Positions 12,520 through 24,789 of a stretch of 64,000 bases of DNA are shown here, piece by piece. The stretch covers positions 118,545-182,544 of the forward strand of contig MU057416.1 of NCBI GenBank assembly GCA_013265495.1. Direction: 5' to 3'. Source of the DNA: Vicugna vicugna. Lineage: Eukaryota. Both the position numbers and the translations under genes were made by a program. Position 1 is the first letter of the stretch; each line of letters opens with the position of its first letter. The notes below the pieces were generated by a model, which saw nothing but the letters and a program-made list of their open reading frames with translations, did no database searches and was not told the DNA's origin.

Positions 12520-12850
12520 GCCCCCCACGTGACCCAAGGGCCCCACGAAACCAGCCACCGCCGCGCAGAGATGCGCAGAGGTGCGCAGAGGTGCACTGAG
12601 ATGCCCTGGGTGGGGTCGCCTGCGTTCACAGTATTTCAGGCTTCCTGTCGAGAAGGAGGAAGTGCAGGAGCGAGAGTGTGTGTGCGTGTGTGTGTGTGTG
12701 AGTTTCTCACCGCGTGTGAGATTTCATGCGCGTTTCCGGGTGAGAGAGGCGGGGGCGGGGCGGGGCGGAGGCGCGAAGGGCGCGCAGTAAACGAGGCACG
12801 TCCGCCCACTTCAGAGCCCGCCTGGGTGCCCAGTGTCACCCTTCGTTTCT
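12520..12850. promoter_or_regulatory. CpG-rich element with tandem GC boxes and ETS/PU.1 motifs (candidate enhancer or promoter)
   Basis: GGGGCGGGGCGGGGCGG at about 12752-12768, GAGGAAGTG 12656-12664, CTTCCTG 12641-12647, (TG)n 12676-12700, high CpG density. Confidence 0.4.
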
Positions 12851-14139
12851 TCGGGTCTGGGAATGGTTCTTTTTAATTACCTGCTCGGTTTCACTCCCCT
12901 CTTTCTGCGCTACCACATCTGTTTTTTTATTTTCTCTCAATTACAAAAGCAATATATATTCGATGAAGAAAACTTGGAAAATGTGGAAGACAGGGACAAT
13001 GAAGCTGGCTCATAATTCTGCCCCTGCAGTAACCACTAGCATTTTGTTGTGTATCCTCCCAAGTATTTAAGGTTTATAAAAAGGACAGGATGCTCTACAG
13101 GTGGCTTTGTAACCTGCGTTTCCCCTTTGAGTTCCGTTTTAATGTGACGAATCCTCATGTGTTCTGGCTGCTTGAGCATCTCTCCTGGGGAATTCTCCAA
13201 CTCACGCCGACTTTATCATGTGTTCTCTCCAACCACCCCCTGCTCTTCTGTTCCATCACTTCTTTGTTTATGCATTCAAATCCCCTTTTGGGATCACCTG
13301 GTAAAACACTGAACCTCAAAAATAAATCGATTTTATTGTGTCCACTTCACATGAAATACTGCTGGAGAGAAACATGCAACTGCACTGACTTCTCCAAATG
13401 CTATTCCTCGGCAAGGCGTCCCTCTGATGAACAACACATGCTCCTGCTCTGGGCCTCCGAGCGTCCCCTCTGCCCAGAGGGCACTTTGCTGGGCTGTCTT
13501 CTGTGGCTTATGCCTCGACCATCAGGTCTTCCCTTGTATGTCAGCACTAAACTCGGAGAAACCTCTATCCCTGGCCTCCAGAACTGAGTTGAAGCGACCG
13601 ACTCATTTGTTTCCTTTTCTTACAGCCCGGACGCTCCTTGAGGACAAGAACTTACCTACTGGAGTTTCGTCACATAGTAAATGCTCAACGTCTGCCAAAT
13701 AAAAGAATAAATAGATGGAAAAAAAATCTACCTTTCTTTTCCAGTTCCCAAAGGGCTTTTCCGTATACCATCCTGTTTGAGTCTTTTTACAGATTTGTGT
13801 GATATGGGTTGGCGGCAGCATTTTGGCCATTTTGTATCTCCTTTGAGCAGGTCTTGACCAGGTTCACATCGCTCGCAGTGGAGGAGCCAGAAGCTCGGTG
13901 TGACCCGAGCTTTACTTTATTTCCTCCCCTTTCCCACCAAGGAGTCTTAGCAGCAGAAGAAATTGTCAGCCCAGGAGGGGACAGGATGCTGCACGCAGCC
14001 AAGCATGTCCTGCCCAACCTGGCATTTCAGTGGAGTATCGGAATCTTGTTTATCTTAAAATTACCTTAAAATTTGTATAACTTTAGTGTGCTCCTCCATT
14101 ACATGTTTGCTTCAATATTATTTTTTTAAGTAATGTACC

Positions 14140-14745
14140 AATTTAATTTATTTTATTTTTATGTTTTTTAATTGAGGTATAGTTGATTTATAATGTATTA
14201 ATTTCTGGTGGATAGCATAGTGATTCAGTTATGTATATATATAAATCTCCTTTTCATGATAGGCTATTACAGGGTATTGAATGTAGACCCCTGTGCTCTA
14301 CAGTAGGACCTTGCTGTTTATCTGTTTTATATATAGTAGTTACTAACTGCAAATCTCAAACTCCCAGCTTATCCCTTCTCACCCTCTTTCCCCCGTGGTA
14401 ACCATAAGTTTGTTTTCTATGTCTGTGAATCTGTTTCTGCTTTGTAAATAAGTTCATTTGTGTCTTTTTATAAGAGTCCACATATAACAGATATCATATG
14501 ATATTTTTCTTTCTCTTTCTGGCTTACTTCACTCAGTATGATGATCTCCAGTTCCCCTGATGTCACTGTTAATGGCCTTATTTTACTCTTTTTATGGCTG
14601 AGTAGTATTCCATTGTGTATATACCATATCTTTTTTATCCAGTCATCTGTCCATGGACATTTAGGTTCTTCCATGTCTTGGCTGTTGTAAATAGTGCTGC
14701 TGTGATCACTGGGGTCCATGTGTCCTTTCGAATTAGACTTTCCTA
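14140..14745 (-). mobile_element. 5'-truncated L1 (ORF2 C-terminal remnant plus 3' UTR)
   Basis: ORF 14468-14899 contains PKCPWTDDWIKKIWYIHNGILLSHKK...LEIIILSEVSQKEKEKYHMIS, the L1 ORF2 C-terminus and 3' UTR; T-rich tail at left. Confidence 0.9.
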
Positions 14746-15775
14746 AATTATTTGACTCTCCCTCTCCCTTAAGTAAAATGGCCACTGCACAAAAGGCTTC
14801 AGATTCATCCTGTGGCTTTCTTCCCAGACCCTCCTGCCTCCCATCCGTGTCTGCAGAGGGATGCATAAACCCAGTTTGAGGAACAGGGTGCTGCCCCACA
14901 CAGTCTCTCCCGCTTGTGGGTTGGAGGCAGGACTTGACGGTGTTGCTATTTGTATATCAGTGAGTGAAATGAAGTGCACCAGCTCACTTAAGTGGCATGT
15001 ATTCCCAACACGAATTTGCTAAGCAGTATCTGAGCTCCAAGGGTTATCAGAGATTTATAACATCTGGACATGATTTTAAGACATTTTGAAACCCTTCCTG
15101 ACTCCCCCAGATATATAACCACACCCCACTGCTCCCTCATCTGAACAAACAAATGTCCCTCCTGTGGGCAACCGTGACATTTATTGTGCATATTTGGAGG
15201 ATATAATGTTGTTCCCTAGAGAGACAAAAATTAATAAATGCTTATATGTCTGGAATGAGAAAAAGTAAGTGGAGAAGACAAAGTTTCATGTTACTTGACC
15301 CCTAGATACACCTGTTCAACCTTTCAGAGGCCTGAGTTACAATAAAGGATAAAAAGCACAATCTGAGAAATATCAATGCCTATCTTGATTGTATTGCTGA
15401 AGGGTTTCCATTTCATATAGCAGCAAATAACAGGAAATATTCTCTTATTCATGGCAGGTTATTTATGGGGGATAGAATTCTCAAAAATCTGGCTTTCTGC
15501 TTTACAACATTATCTCCAAATACAATAATCAAACCTAAATTCTCTACTTCCTAGTGCAGCTCAAAATGGCCTTTATGAAAAATGTTTTCTTCTATCACCA
15601 AAAAGAAAAAAAATCCAGATGACCTGTTTTGATTTATTGGCTGGAAAATCATTATAAAGTAGCAAGAATACTGCCTTCTTGTGAGGTCAGAAAATACATA
15701 TACGTGGGAAGAAACTGAGCTGTAAAAGCAGAGCTCAGAAACTACACACCTGAACTTCCTTTGGTATTCACCTTG

Positions 15776-15779
<4 letters not shown>

Positions 15780-15806
<27 letters not shown>

Positions 15807-15889
15807 TTAATGGAGGTCCCGGGGATTGAACCCAGGACCTCGTGCATGCTAACCACCTGGTCTGCCATTGAGCTATAATACCACCCCCC
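15780..15889 (-). mobile_element. tRNA-Ala-derived SINE (Vic-1-like) with (TG)n tail
   Basis: Reverse complement tagctcaatggcagaccaggtggttagcatgcacgaggtcctgggttcaatccccgggacctcca closely resembles tRNA-Ala(AGC); (TG)n at 15780-15805. Confidence 0.85.
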
Positions 15890-16129
15890 ACCTCAGTTTT
15901 AATTATCTTTTGTTTTCTTGGATTTTGACATCTGAAAACTGGATCCCTCTTGGAGGGAGACACTGCACGCAGCACAAACTTATAAGTGGATAGAGAACTC
16001 CAAACGTGTAGAATATAATGAAAATTAAAATCACTCAACCAAATATGCAAAATTTAATATATCACTATTTAGATCTCTAACCCTTTATGATTAGGATGGG
16101 CACATGAGGTGATTCAAGATCTCAATATG

Positions 16130-16220
16130 AAAAGGAATATATATATAAATGAGTCACTATGCTATACACCAGAAATTAACACAACATTGCAAATTAACTG
16201 TACTTCAATTAAAAAAAAAT
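16130..16220 (+). mobile_element. L1 3' end fragment
   Basis: gagtcactatgctatacaccagaaattaacacaacattgcaaattaactgtacttcaattaaaaaaaaa is an L1 3' terminus. Confidence 0.8.
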
Positions 16221-17658
16221 TTCAAATAAGAGTGTCATATCAGAATTTTCCTCCCTAGACTAAAATCATACTCCAGGAGTTCTGACCTGGGGGATCTAAA
16301 TTTACAACTTTCTTTGAAAATACTGATTGTATAGTAACATATAGCAGTACGCAGACTTCAGGGAGGCAAAACACATTCGCTCCTTCCTCGCATATCGGCT
16401 TCCTTTACACGGCTCTGCTCCCGTGGCTGCAAGCCAACTCCTGTGGCAAGATATTTAAAAAACAACCCTGTGGCTCTGTATTGATTGGCAATATGACATT
16501 TGGCTCCGTAAAGTCTGGAGAAGGATGCTGTTACCTGCCTGGCTTCAATGTATCTTTGTTTCCTTCCCACAGGAAAAAACAATTTAATCATAGGCAGTTT
16601 ACAGCCTTGGTTAGAGCAGACTGGGGCGGTTCAGTTCTAGATGGACTGGCAAAACTCAGCCAACAGATTTGTGGTTTTATTTATTTATATTTTATAAAGT
16701 CAGTGTTTAATGGCCCATGTGTGATTGAATCCAGAATTTCGTAGTCTCTGCTACTGACCTCTGTTAGAGCCGGGGGCCCTTGACTTTGCCAGGAATCTCT
16801 GGCTCTGTCCATAAGGTGTCAACAGGACCAGATGGAAAGATGCAATGTATTACTGTTAAGAATAGTGAAGTTATTCCTTGTTAACTGTTACCATTAAAAT
16901 GTTCGCCAGAGCTGTCTTCCTGATGGCGAGAAGGAAGCTTGGAGGGGCCCACCTGGAATTAGTAGGCAGTGGGGCCAGAGTTCAAATTCCAGGATTGTGG
17001 TTCCTGAGCCTTCATACATGTAACTATTCAGCTCCAGTCTTTCTCAAGTAAAGGACCCCTTTCCGCTATGTGTGGTCAAGTTCCTGGAAAGTATCATGAA
17101 GATAAACTGTCTACAATTTTATTCCTAAAATAAAACTCCACATTGTATTTGCAGTGGCTGCCTCTGTGGTGGGGGAGGATGTGGCCGGACAGACGGCCGC
17201 TTCTAGCTTCGTATGATAAAATTAAAGTGACTGCAGGAGCTGCAGCTGGCTTGAACTCACAGGTACAGGGCTTGCCAGTTAACTTTATGCTTTCTGATGT
17301 ATTTATTCTCATCGATTGAATTTTAAAAAAAAAGAAACTTGGCAAGCCACATTAAACAAAGGATTTTTTTTTCATCTCTGGAATTGAAATAAAAATATTT
17401 AATTTGACCTGAATCAAAGTTTATAGTGGACCCTGTGTTTCACCAAGGCAAAGCATCTCATCCAAGGCCACGGGACAGAAGCAGAACCAGAACCAAGGGC
17501 TAGCTGAGATATAATGGCCATCTAACATTTTATTAGGTTCATTATATCTGGGTCAGGTGTATGAGACTGCAGTACTCTTTATCTCTAAATTCTTCAACAG
17601 ATACACATACAGTACATCACCTATGTGGTAACATCAAACTCTTTTTGGGGGGGATAAC

Positions 17659-17932
17659 TTTTTTTAAAATTGAAGTCTAGTCAGTTTACAATGTTGTGTC
17701 ACTTTCTGGTGCACAGCATCATGTTTCAGTCATACATGTACATACACGTATTTGTCTTCATATTCTTTTTCACCGTAAGTTACTACAAGATTTTAAATAT
17801 AGTTCCCTGTGCTGTGCAGTATGAACTTGTTTATCTAATTTACATATAGTAGTTAATATCTGCAAATCTTGAACTCCCAGATTAGCCCTTCCCACTCCCC
17901 TGGTGACCGTACGTGTGTTTTCTATGTCTGTG
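17659..17932 (-). mobile_element. L1 3' UTR fragment
   Basis: ttttttaaaattgaagtctagtcagtttacaatgttgtgtc...atagttccctgtgctgtgcagta; same family as the 14140-14745 copy. Confidence 0.85.
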
Positions 17933-19234
17933 GGCAAACTCCTGACAATTCAGGCTGGTTTGCCTTACCGTTCTGGTGCTGGCGACATCAGCTGGGCTCT
18001 CTGCTCTCTCTGATCATGACTTTGGTAACCACTATGATGATGAAGGCGCAGCTGTACAATACAGTGTCCAGCTCAGATGCCTCTGGTCCTCACTATTCCT
18101 TTTTTTTTTTTCTCTCCAGCTTCCATAAAATGTAAGATTTGGGGTATTTTCTAGGACTTCCATGTGTGCCCTACCTATCTTTGAAAGAATTCACTTTGTT
18201 TTGTTTTGTTTTTTCCGTTTCCAATCACCTGTTCTTTCCTGGCCTCTTCCCTTTGTCCTGAAAACATGCTCAGGTGTTCCTTACCGTGGGAAATACTCTC
18301 TTTGCCCTGCTAACACCTACAGCTATAGCCTCCTCCTTCTTCTTTTTCCCATTCATTTCTAAATTTCTTGAAAAGGTCTCTAAAAATAGCTACACTTCCT
18401 GAACATTTATTCGCAGGACCCGACCACGTGCCTGCTTCCCGCCTCTCTGGTGGGACTACTCTGTCAAGGGTCAATGTTAACTAGACTTACGGTGCTGATT
18501 ATTTTACAATATATACAAATATCATATCATTATGTTGTACACCTGAAACTAATATAATGTTAGATGTCAATTAAATCTCAAAAAAGGCAGCACAACATGT
18601 GTTGTCAAATCCAACAGATCTTTCTTCTATTTGAGCTTCTATCACAGGGCTGCATGATTTAATAACATTTTTTTTTCTTGAAAATATTTCCTCTTTTAGT
18701 TTCTGGGACCCTGTCATTTCCTGGTTTCCTCCGTGTCACTTCTCAGTTGTCTCATCTGGTTCCTCCTCTTCTCGTCATTGCGCTCAGATGCTCCCCCACG
18801 GCTCCGACCTCTTTCATTTCCTTCCACAGCTTCAATTATCAGAGGAACTGTTGACTTTCTGAGTCCTGGGGCTCCACTAGCAGCTGATCAAAGCTGTGAA
18901 ACCCACTCCCCGTAACCACCCAAATTTTAACATAAAAATATAACAGCGAACATTCACTGAGCACTTGCGATGGGATCAGCTAAATGCTCCCGACAGTTCC
19001 CTCGTGAGGCTGGAGGAGCCATCTTGCCAAAGAGCTACCCCTGCCAAGTTCACTCGGGTGGGATTCAGAGCCCAGCAGTCCGACTATAAATACATGGTAG
19101 CGCTGAAGTTCTGCACACATCGCTAGCAGAGTCATTGAACTCCTCTTAAGAGACTCATGAACTATCACCATCAAGACGGTGGCTACACCGTCTCTAGCTG
19201 CAACCTGAATCCCATTCACTTCTCCTCTAAAGAC

Positions 19235-22200
19235 AGATTTTATTGAGGCATAATTGCCATACAATAAAGTGCACATATTTAAAGTGTACAATTTAATGTT
19301 TTGACACATGTACGTATCTGTGAAACCATCACCATATTCAAGGCTGTAAACAGATACAACACCGCCGAAAGTTTCCAGGGTGCCCAGCGGATCCTTCTGT
19401 CCCGGGTCTCCCCACCCAGCTCTGCCCAGAGGCAAGCACCGATCTGCCTTCTGTTACTATAAAGCAGGTTGTATCCTTTGGCTTTATATTAATAGAATCC
19501 CACAGCAGGTACTCATTTTCACCTGGCTTCATTCACCCCGCTTACTTGCTCTGAGATCCACCTTGCTGAGTGTTAGTGTCAGACGGTGCCGCCCTTCCTG
19601 GGCAGTGCTCCATCGTGTGGACAGGCTTGCGCTTGCTTGTCTGTTCCCCTGTGATGGCACTTGGCTTCTTGCCATTTGGGGCCATCACAAAGAAAACTGC
19701 TAGGAACACTTTTGTATGAGTCTCAGTATGAAGAGGATTGGTTAGAATATATAATACACATACATTTAATTTCTTTAAAAAGATGCCAGTTTTGCCAAGT
19801 GGCTGCACCATTTTCTACTTCCACCCTGGATGTATGAGAATCACATTTGCTCCGCATTCCTGCCAACACTCAGCATGGTCAGCATTTTTAATTTTCGCTC
19901 TTGTAAGAGGAATGGTAACTTGCAGTTTTAATTTGAATTTCCCCAATGACTAATTAAACTGAGTATCCATTCATGTGGTTCTCTTCTTATCCACATAAAC
20001 TCTTTGTTGAAATGGCTCTTCAAAAAATGTTTTTATTTTAAAAATTGGGCTTTTTTCTCCTTATTATTGAGTTTTGGGAGTTCTGTATATTTTGAATACA
20101 AGTTTCTTATTTCATTTATCATTTGAAAACATTCTCCCAGTCTGACTTTTCATCATTTTAACAGTCGTTTCGTTATCTTAATAGTAGTTTTGGAAGATGA
20201 GAATTTTAAACTTTAATGAAATTCAGTTATTCAATTTTTTTCCTTTATTGATATATTTTTGGTGTTATATCAATAGAAATCTTTGCCTAACACAAGATAA
20301 CAAAGATTCTCTTTTTCCCCCCAGAAACATTAGAGTTTTTGGTTTAGCATTTAGGTGTAGAATCCCTTTTTACTCAATTTTTGTATGTGGTGTGAAGTGT
20401 GACTCAAAGTATACATCTCAAATATAATTATCCACTTGTCTGTGTGCCATTTGCCAAAAAGACAGTCTTTCCACCACAGAATTGTCTTTCCATCTTTGCC
20501 AAAAATCAGTTGTCCACCTACGTTTGGGCCTGTTTCTGGACACTCTTTGTTCCATTGATTTTTGTCCATCTTTATATCAATGCCACCCTTTCCTTAATTC
20601 TCTAGTCTTGAAATCAGGTAAAATGAATCCTCCTTTGCTCTTCTTTTTCAAAATTGTTCTGGCTTTTCCAGGTCCCTTGAATTTCCATGCAACTTTTAGA
20701 ACCAGATTATCAATTTGTACAGAAAAGTCCAGGGATTTTGATCGGGACTACATTGAATCTATGGAACAATTTGAGAAAAATCAATATTAAAAAAAAATCT
20801 TATTTTCTGACCAAAAGCCAAGAACCTCTCCCTATTTGCTTAAATTCCCTTTGATTTCTTTCAGCCATGTTTCACAGCTTTCAGTTTATAGAGCATACCT
20901 ATCTTTTGTCAGATTCATCTCAAAGTAATTGATTTTTTAAATGCTATTGTAAATAGTATTTTTAAGCATTTCGATTCTGATTGTTCACTGCTATTATACA
21001 GAAATGCAATTTTGATCTTCTTCTGCACCGTGTCTAAATTAACTTTTCCCCCAGTGGTGTACTGTCCATCACGTTTTTTATGAAGATGCTCACGTTGTCT
21101 TCAATGAAGACAACCGTGCTTCTCTCTTAGTGCTCGGGGTGGCCTTGGTCTGGCTGCTCCGTGCTTAGTGCTTGGAGTCCTTCATACGATGAAAGGGGGC
21201 GGTGGGCGTGGACATCCGATCTCATTTCTGATCTCAGGGGGAAAGTGTTTATTTTTCACCATTAAGAACTTGCTGGCTGCAGGATTTCCACTGATGCCTT
21301 TTCTTAGGTTAAGGAAGTTCCTTTCTTTCTCAACTGTTGTAGATAATTTTCATCAGAAAAGATGTTGAATTTTGTCAAGTTCATTTTCAGCATCAATGGA
21401 GAAGATCTTTTTTTTTCATTGAAATATAGCTGATGTACAATCTCATATGTCTCAGGTGTACAATACGCTCACTTCATATGGGGGCTGCCTGCACCCTTCT
21501 GTTGTTCTGGGACCAACTACTGTGGGGCCACTGTGGGGCCACTGTGGGTGGGTGGGGCTGGCCCCTGGCCCTGCTGACTGGCAGGCCCTGCCTCATATGT
21601 TGGCTGTGAGCGCGCTGGAAGACAGGGTAGGCTTCCCCCACGGTTGACCGCATGGTCCCGGGGACACAGGGTGCTGTGCACCTGCGCGAGGGTGGGACTG
21701 GGCCTTCAACACCAGTAGGCTGGAGTGAGACTCCAGATGGTGCTTGCCAGCACTGGTGTTATCGCCACAGACTGAGCTCCCCGGAGTGCCTGCCACCATT
21801 GTCCCCTTCCCCCAGGAAGAGTCTCACTTGCTTCCTGACTCTCCAGAAGGCTCTCCAGATCAGCAAATGTGTCTGATGCAGACTCCTGTCAATCTGCTGC
21901 CTCTGCCCTGGGACTTGGCCATGTGAGATCTCGTGAGCGCCCTTTAAACGTGGAGTCTCTGTTCCCTATAGCTATCTGGCTCTCCCAAAGTAACACCTGC
22001 TGGTTTTCAAAGCCAGATGGTCTGAGGGCTTGTCTTCCTGGTGCAGGAGCTTCAGACTGGGAACCCAATGTGGGACCTGGACCCCTTGCTCCTTGGGGAG
22101 AACGTCTGCAGTTAGGGTTGTCCCCCTGCTTGCTGCTGCCCTGGGCGTGTGGCATCCCGACTATACTGCAGGTCATTGTGTTTCCCTCTTTATGTCTTTA

Positions 22201-24785
22201 ACTGTGGAAAAGCTTTCCTGCTAGTCTTCAGGTTGTTCCAACAGATGGCTCTATAAGTTGTTCTAATTTTGGTGTGTCCATGGGAGGAGGAGAATTTAGG
22301 GTCTTCCTATTCCATGATCTTCATCACCTTGTCTCTGGAGTGATTGATTTTTAAATATTAAGCCAATCTCGTATTTCTGGGATTTAACTCAGCATAGATT
22401 CAGCTGGCTAAAATTTTGTCTATTATTTTTGCATCCTATGTTCATGAAGAATATTGGTCTGTAGTTCTTTTTGTGTAAAATCTTTGCCTGTATTTAGTAT
22501 TAGGATATTGCTAACCTAACACAAAATGTTGAGAAGCAGTCCGTCTTCAGCTGTCTGGAATGGTTTTTGTAGAATTGGTATAATTTCTTTCTAAAATACT
22601 TGGTAGAATTCATCAGTAAAGACATCTGGACCTGGAATTTTCCTTTATAGGAAAAATATTAACTTCAAATTTGATTTCTTTAATAGATATTGGGCTATTC
22701 TGATTATATTTTCTTAAGTTGATTATTTGTGTCTTTCAAAGAATTTGTCCATCTTTCTGAAATTTTCTAATTTATAGGCATAAAGCTTTGCATAGTATCT
22801 CCTTATTATATTCTTAATACCCATAAATTCTGTAGTGATGTCAACTCTTTCATTTATGATATTGAAATTTTGTGCTTTATTAATTTTATTGATCTTCTCA
22901 AAGAATGAGTTCTTGGTTTCATTGATTTTCTCTATTATTTTGTCTGTTTCCTATTTCAGTAATTTCAGCTCTAATCTTTTAAAAGTTCTTCTGCCTACTT
23001 TGAGTTTCAATTGCTGTTCTTTTTTAAGTTTCCTAAAGTTTAGGTATGAAGAAAATTTTTAAAAAAATATGTGTTTGGTAATACAAATTCACCTACATAT
23101 TGCTTTTGAGGAATCCCCAAATTTTTAATATACTGGTTTTAATTTTTATTCAAATGCATCATAATCCATTTTAATTTCAAAATACTTTATAATTTTCCTA
23201 TTTCCTTTTTTGAATTATAAATTATTCATAAGTGTATTACTTAGTTTCCAAATATCTAGGGATTTTCCAAAGATATTTCTGTTATTGATTCTAATTTAAT
23301 TTCATTGTTGTCAGAAAACATTTTATAAGACTTGAATCTTTTAAATTTATTGAGATTTGTTTTGATAAGTGTCTCATGCGCATAACCTGCTATTGTTAGA
23401 TGGAGTATCAGTTAGGTCAGTTTGCTTGATAGTATTGCACAAGTATTCTAAATACTTAATAATAGTTTGCCTGCTTGTTCTATCACTTATTGACAGAGGA
23501 GTATTGAAACATTTAACTATAGTTGTATATTTGTTTCTTGTTGTGATTCCATCAGTTTCTGTTGTATGCATTTTGAGGCTCTGTGATCAAGTGCATAGAT
23601 ATTTAGGATTGTTATATTCTCTTGAATAATTCACCCCTTCAGTATAATAAGTTAATCATTTTTACCTCCAATAATATTTCTTATTCTGATCTACTTTCTT
23701 CCATTCCATTTTAAAACTATTTCTACTTACACATCATTTCTTATAGGTAATATATAATCATGTCTTATTTTTATATCCAATATGAATCTTTGCCTTTTAA
23801 GTGGTTTGTTTGAACCATTTACATTTAATGTGGTTGTTAATTTAGTTAGACTGAAATCTATCATTTTGCTATTTGCTTTCTATTTGTCTCATTTGTTCTT
23901 TGTTCCCTTTTTTGGTCTTTCTTTGAGCATTTTTGTTTTGTTTTTGTTGTATCTTTGTTGATTTATTAGCTGTCACACTTTGATTTGTAATTACTTAGGG
24001 TTGGTAGTGTACCTATTTAGTTCATTAGTTTACTTTCAAATGATTATCACTTTATGTGTAGTGTCAGAGCTTTACAATAGTATATTTTTACTTACCGTCT
24101 CCTGCCCTGTGTGGTTTTGTTACATACATTTTACTTTTACGTATGTCAAAAATCCAACAGTACTTTGTTAATTTTGTTCAAATAGTTACTTATCTTCTAG
24201 ATAAATTTAAATAAATAATAAGGAAAAATTTTATACATTTACCTACCTAGTTACCATTGTTGGTGGTCTTCGTTCCTTTTTGTAGATTAATATTTTCATG
24301 CATTAATATTTTCTTTCTGCTGAAGTACTTCCTCTAACTTTTTTTTCAGTAAAAAGATCTGTTGCTGATGAATTCATCAGCTTTTAAATTTCTGAAAAAG
24401 TCTTTTACTTTTAATTTTGAAAGATATTTTTACTGCATATAGAATTCTAGACAGTTTTCTTTTTTAAATTTCAGCATTTCAAATGTGCTTTTTCTCACCT
24501 TTATTGTTTTCAGTGGGAAACTTGTTGTCACCCTTATCACTGGTTTTCTGTATGTACATTACTTTTTTTCTTGATGTTTTCAATACTTTCTCTTTACTAC
24601 TAGTTTTGAGAAACCTGATTATGATGTTCCTGCTATACTTCTCATGTTTTGAGGGTTTTTTGGAACTTCTTGTATCCATGTGGGTTTATAGTTTTCATCA
24701 AGCTTGAAAATTTTTCATCCATTGTTCCCTTAAATTTTTTGTCTGCTCACTCCTCTCTGGGGACTCCAATTAAATGCATATTAGG
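19235..24785 (-). mobile_element. Old, fragmented L1M element with nested insertion at about 21408-22325
   Basis: Begins tttattgaggcataattgccatacaataaagtgcacatatttaaagtgtac (old L1M 3' end). Degenerate ORF2-like translations on minus strand (e.g. 20351-20569 QLIFGKDGKTILWWKDCLFGKW) and ORF1-like 24479-24679 (RNIIIRFLKTSSKEKVLKTSRKK). Confidence 0.8.
21408..22325 (-). mobile_element. L1 5' UTR (about 850 nt) directly joined to a short L1 3' tail
   Basis: Minus-strand start gaagatcatggaataggaagaccctaaattctcctcctcccatggacacaccaaaa resembles an L1 5' terminus; 21408-21465 is an L1 3' end plus poly(A). Confidence 0.65.
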
Positions 24786-24789
24786 TAGT

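Noticed and set aside
15806..15889. tRNA-Ala-like sequences as functional tRNA genes (also at 32.6, 38.2, 54.3, 61.4 and 62.7 kb)
   Set aside because: Diverged stems, A-rich tails and TSDs identify them as SINE copies.
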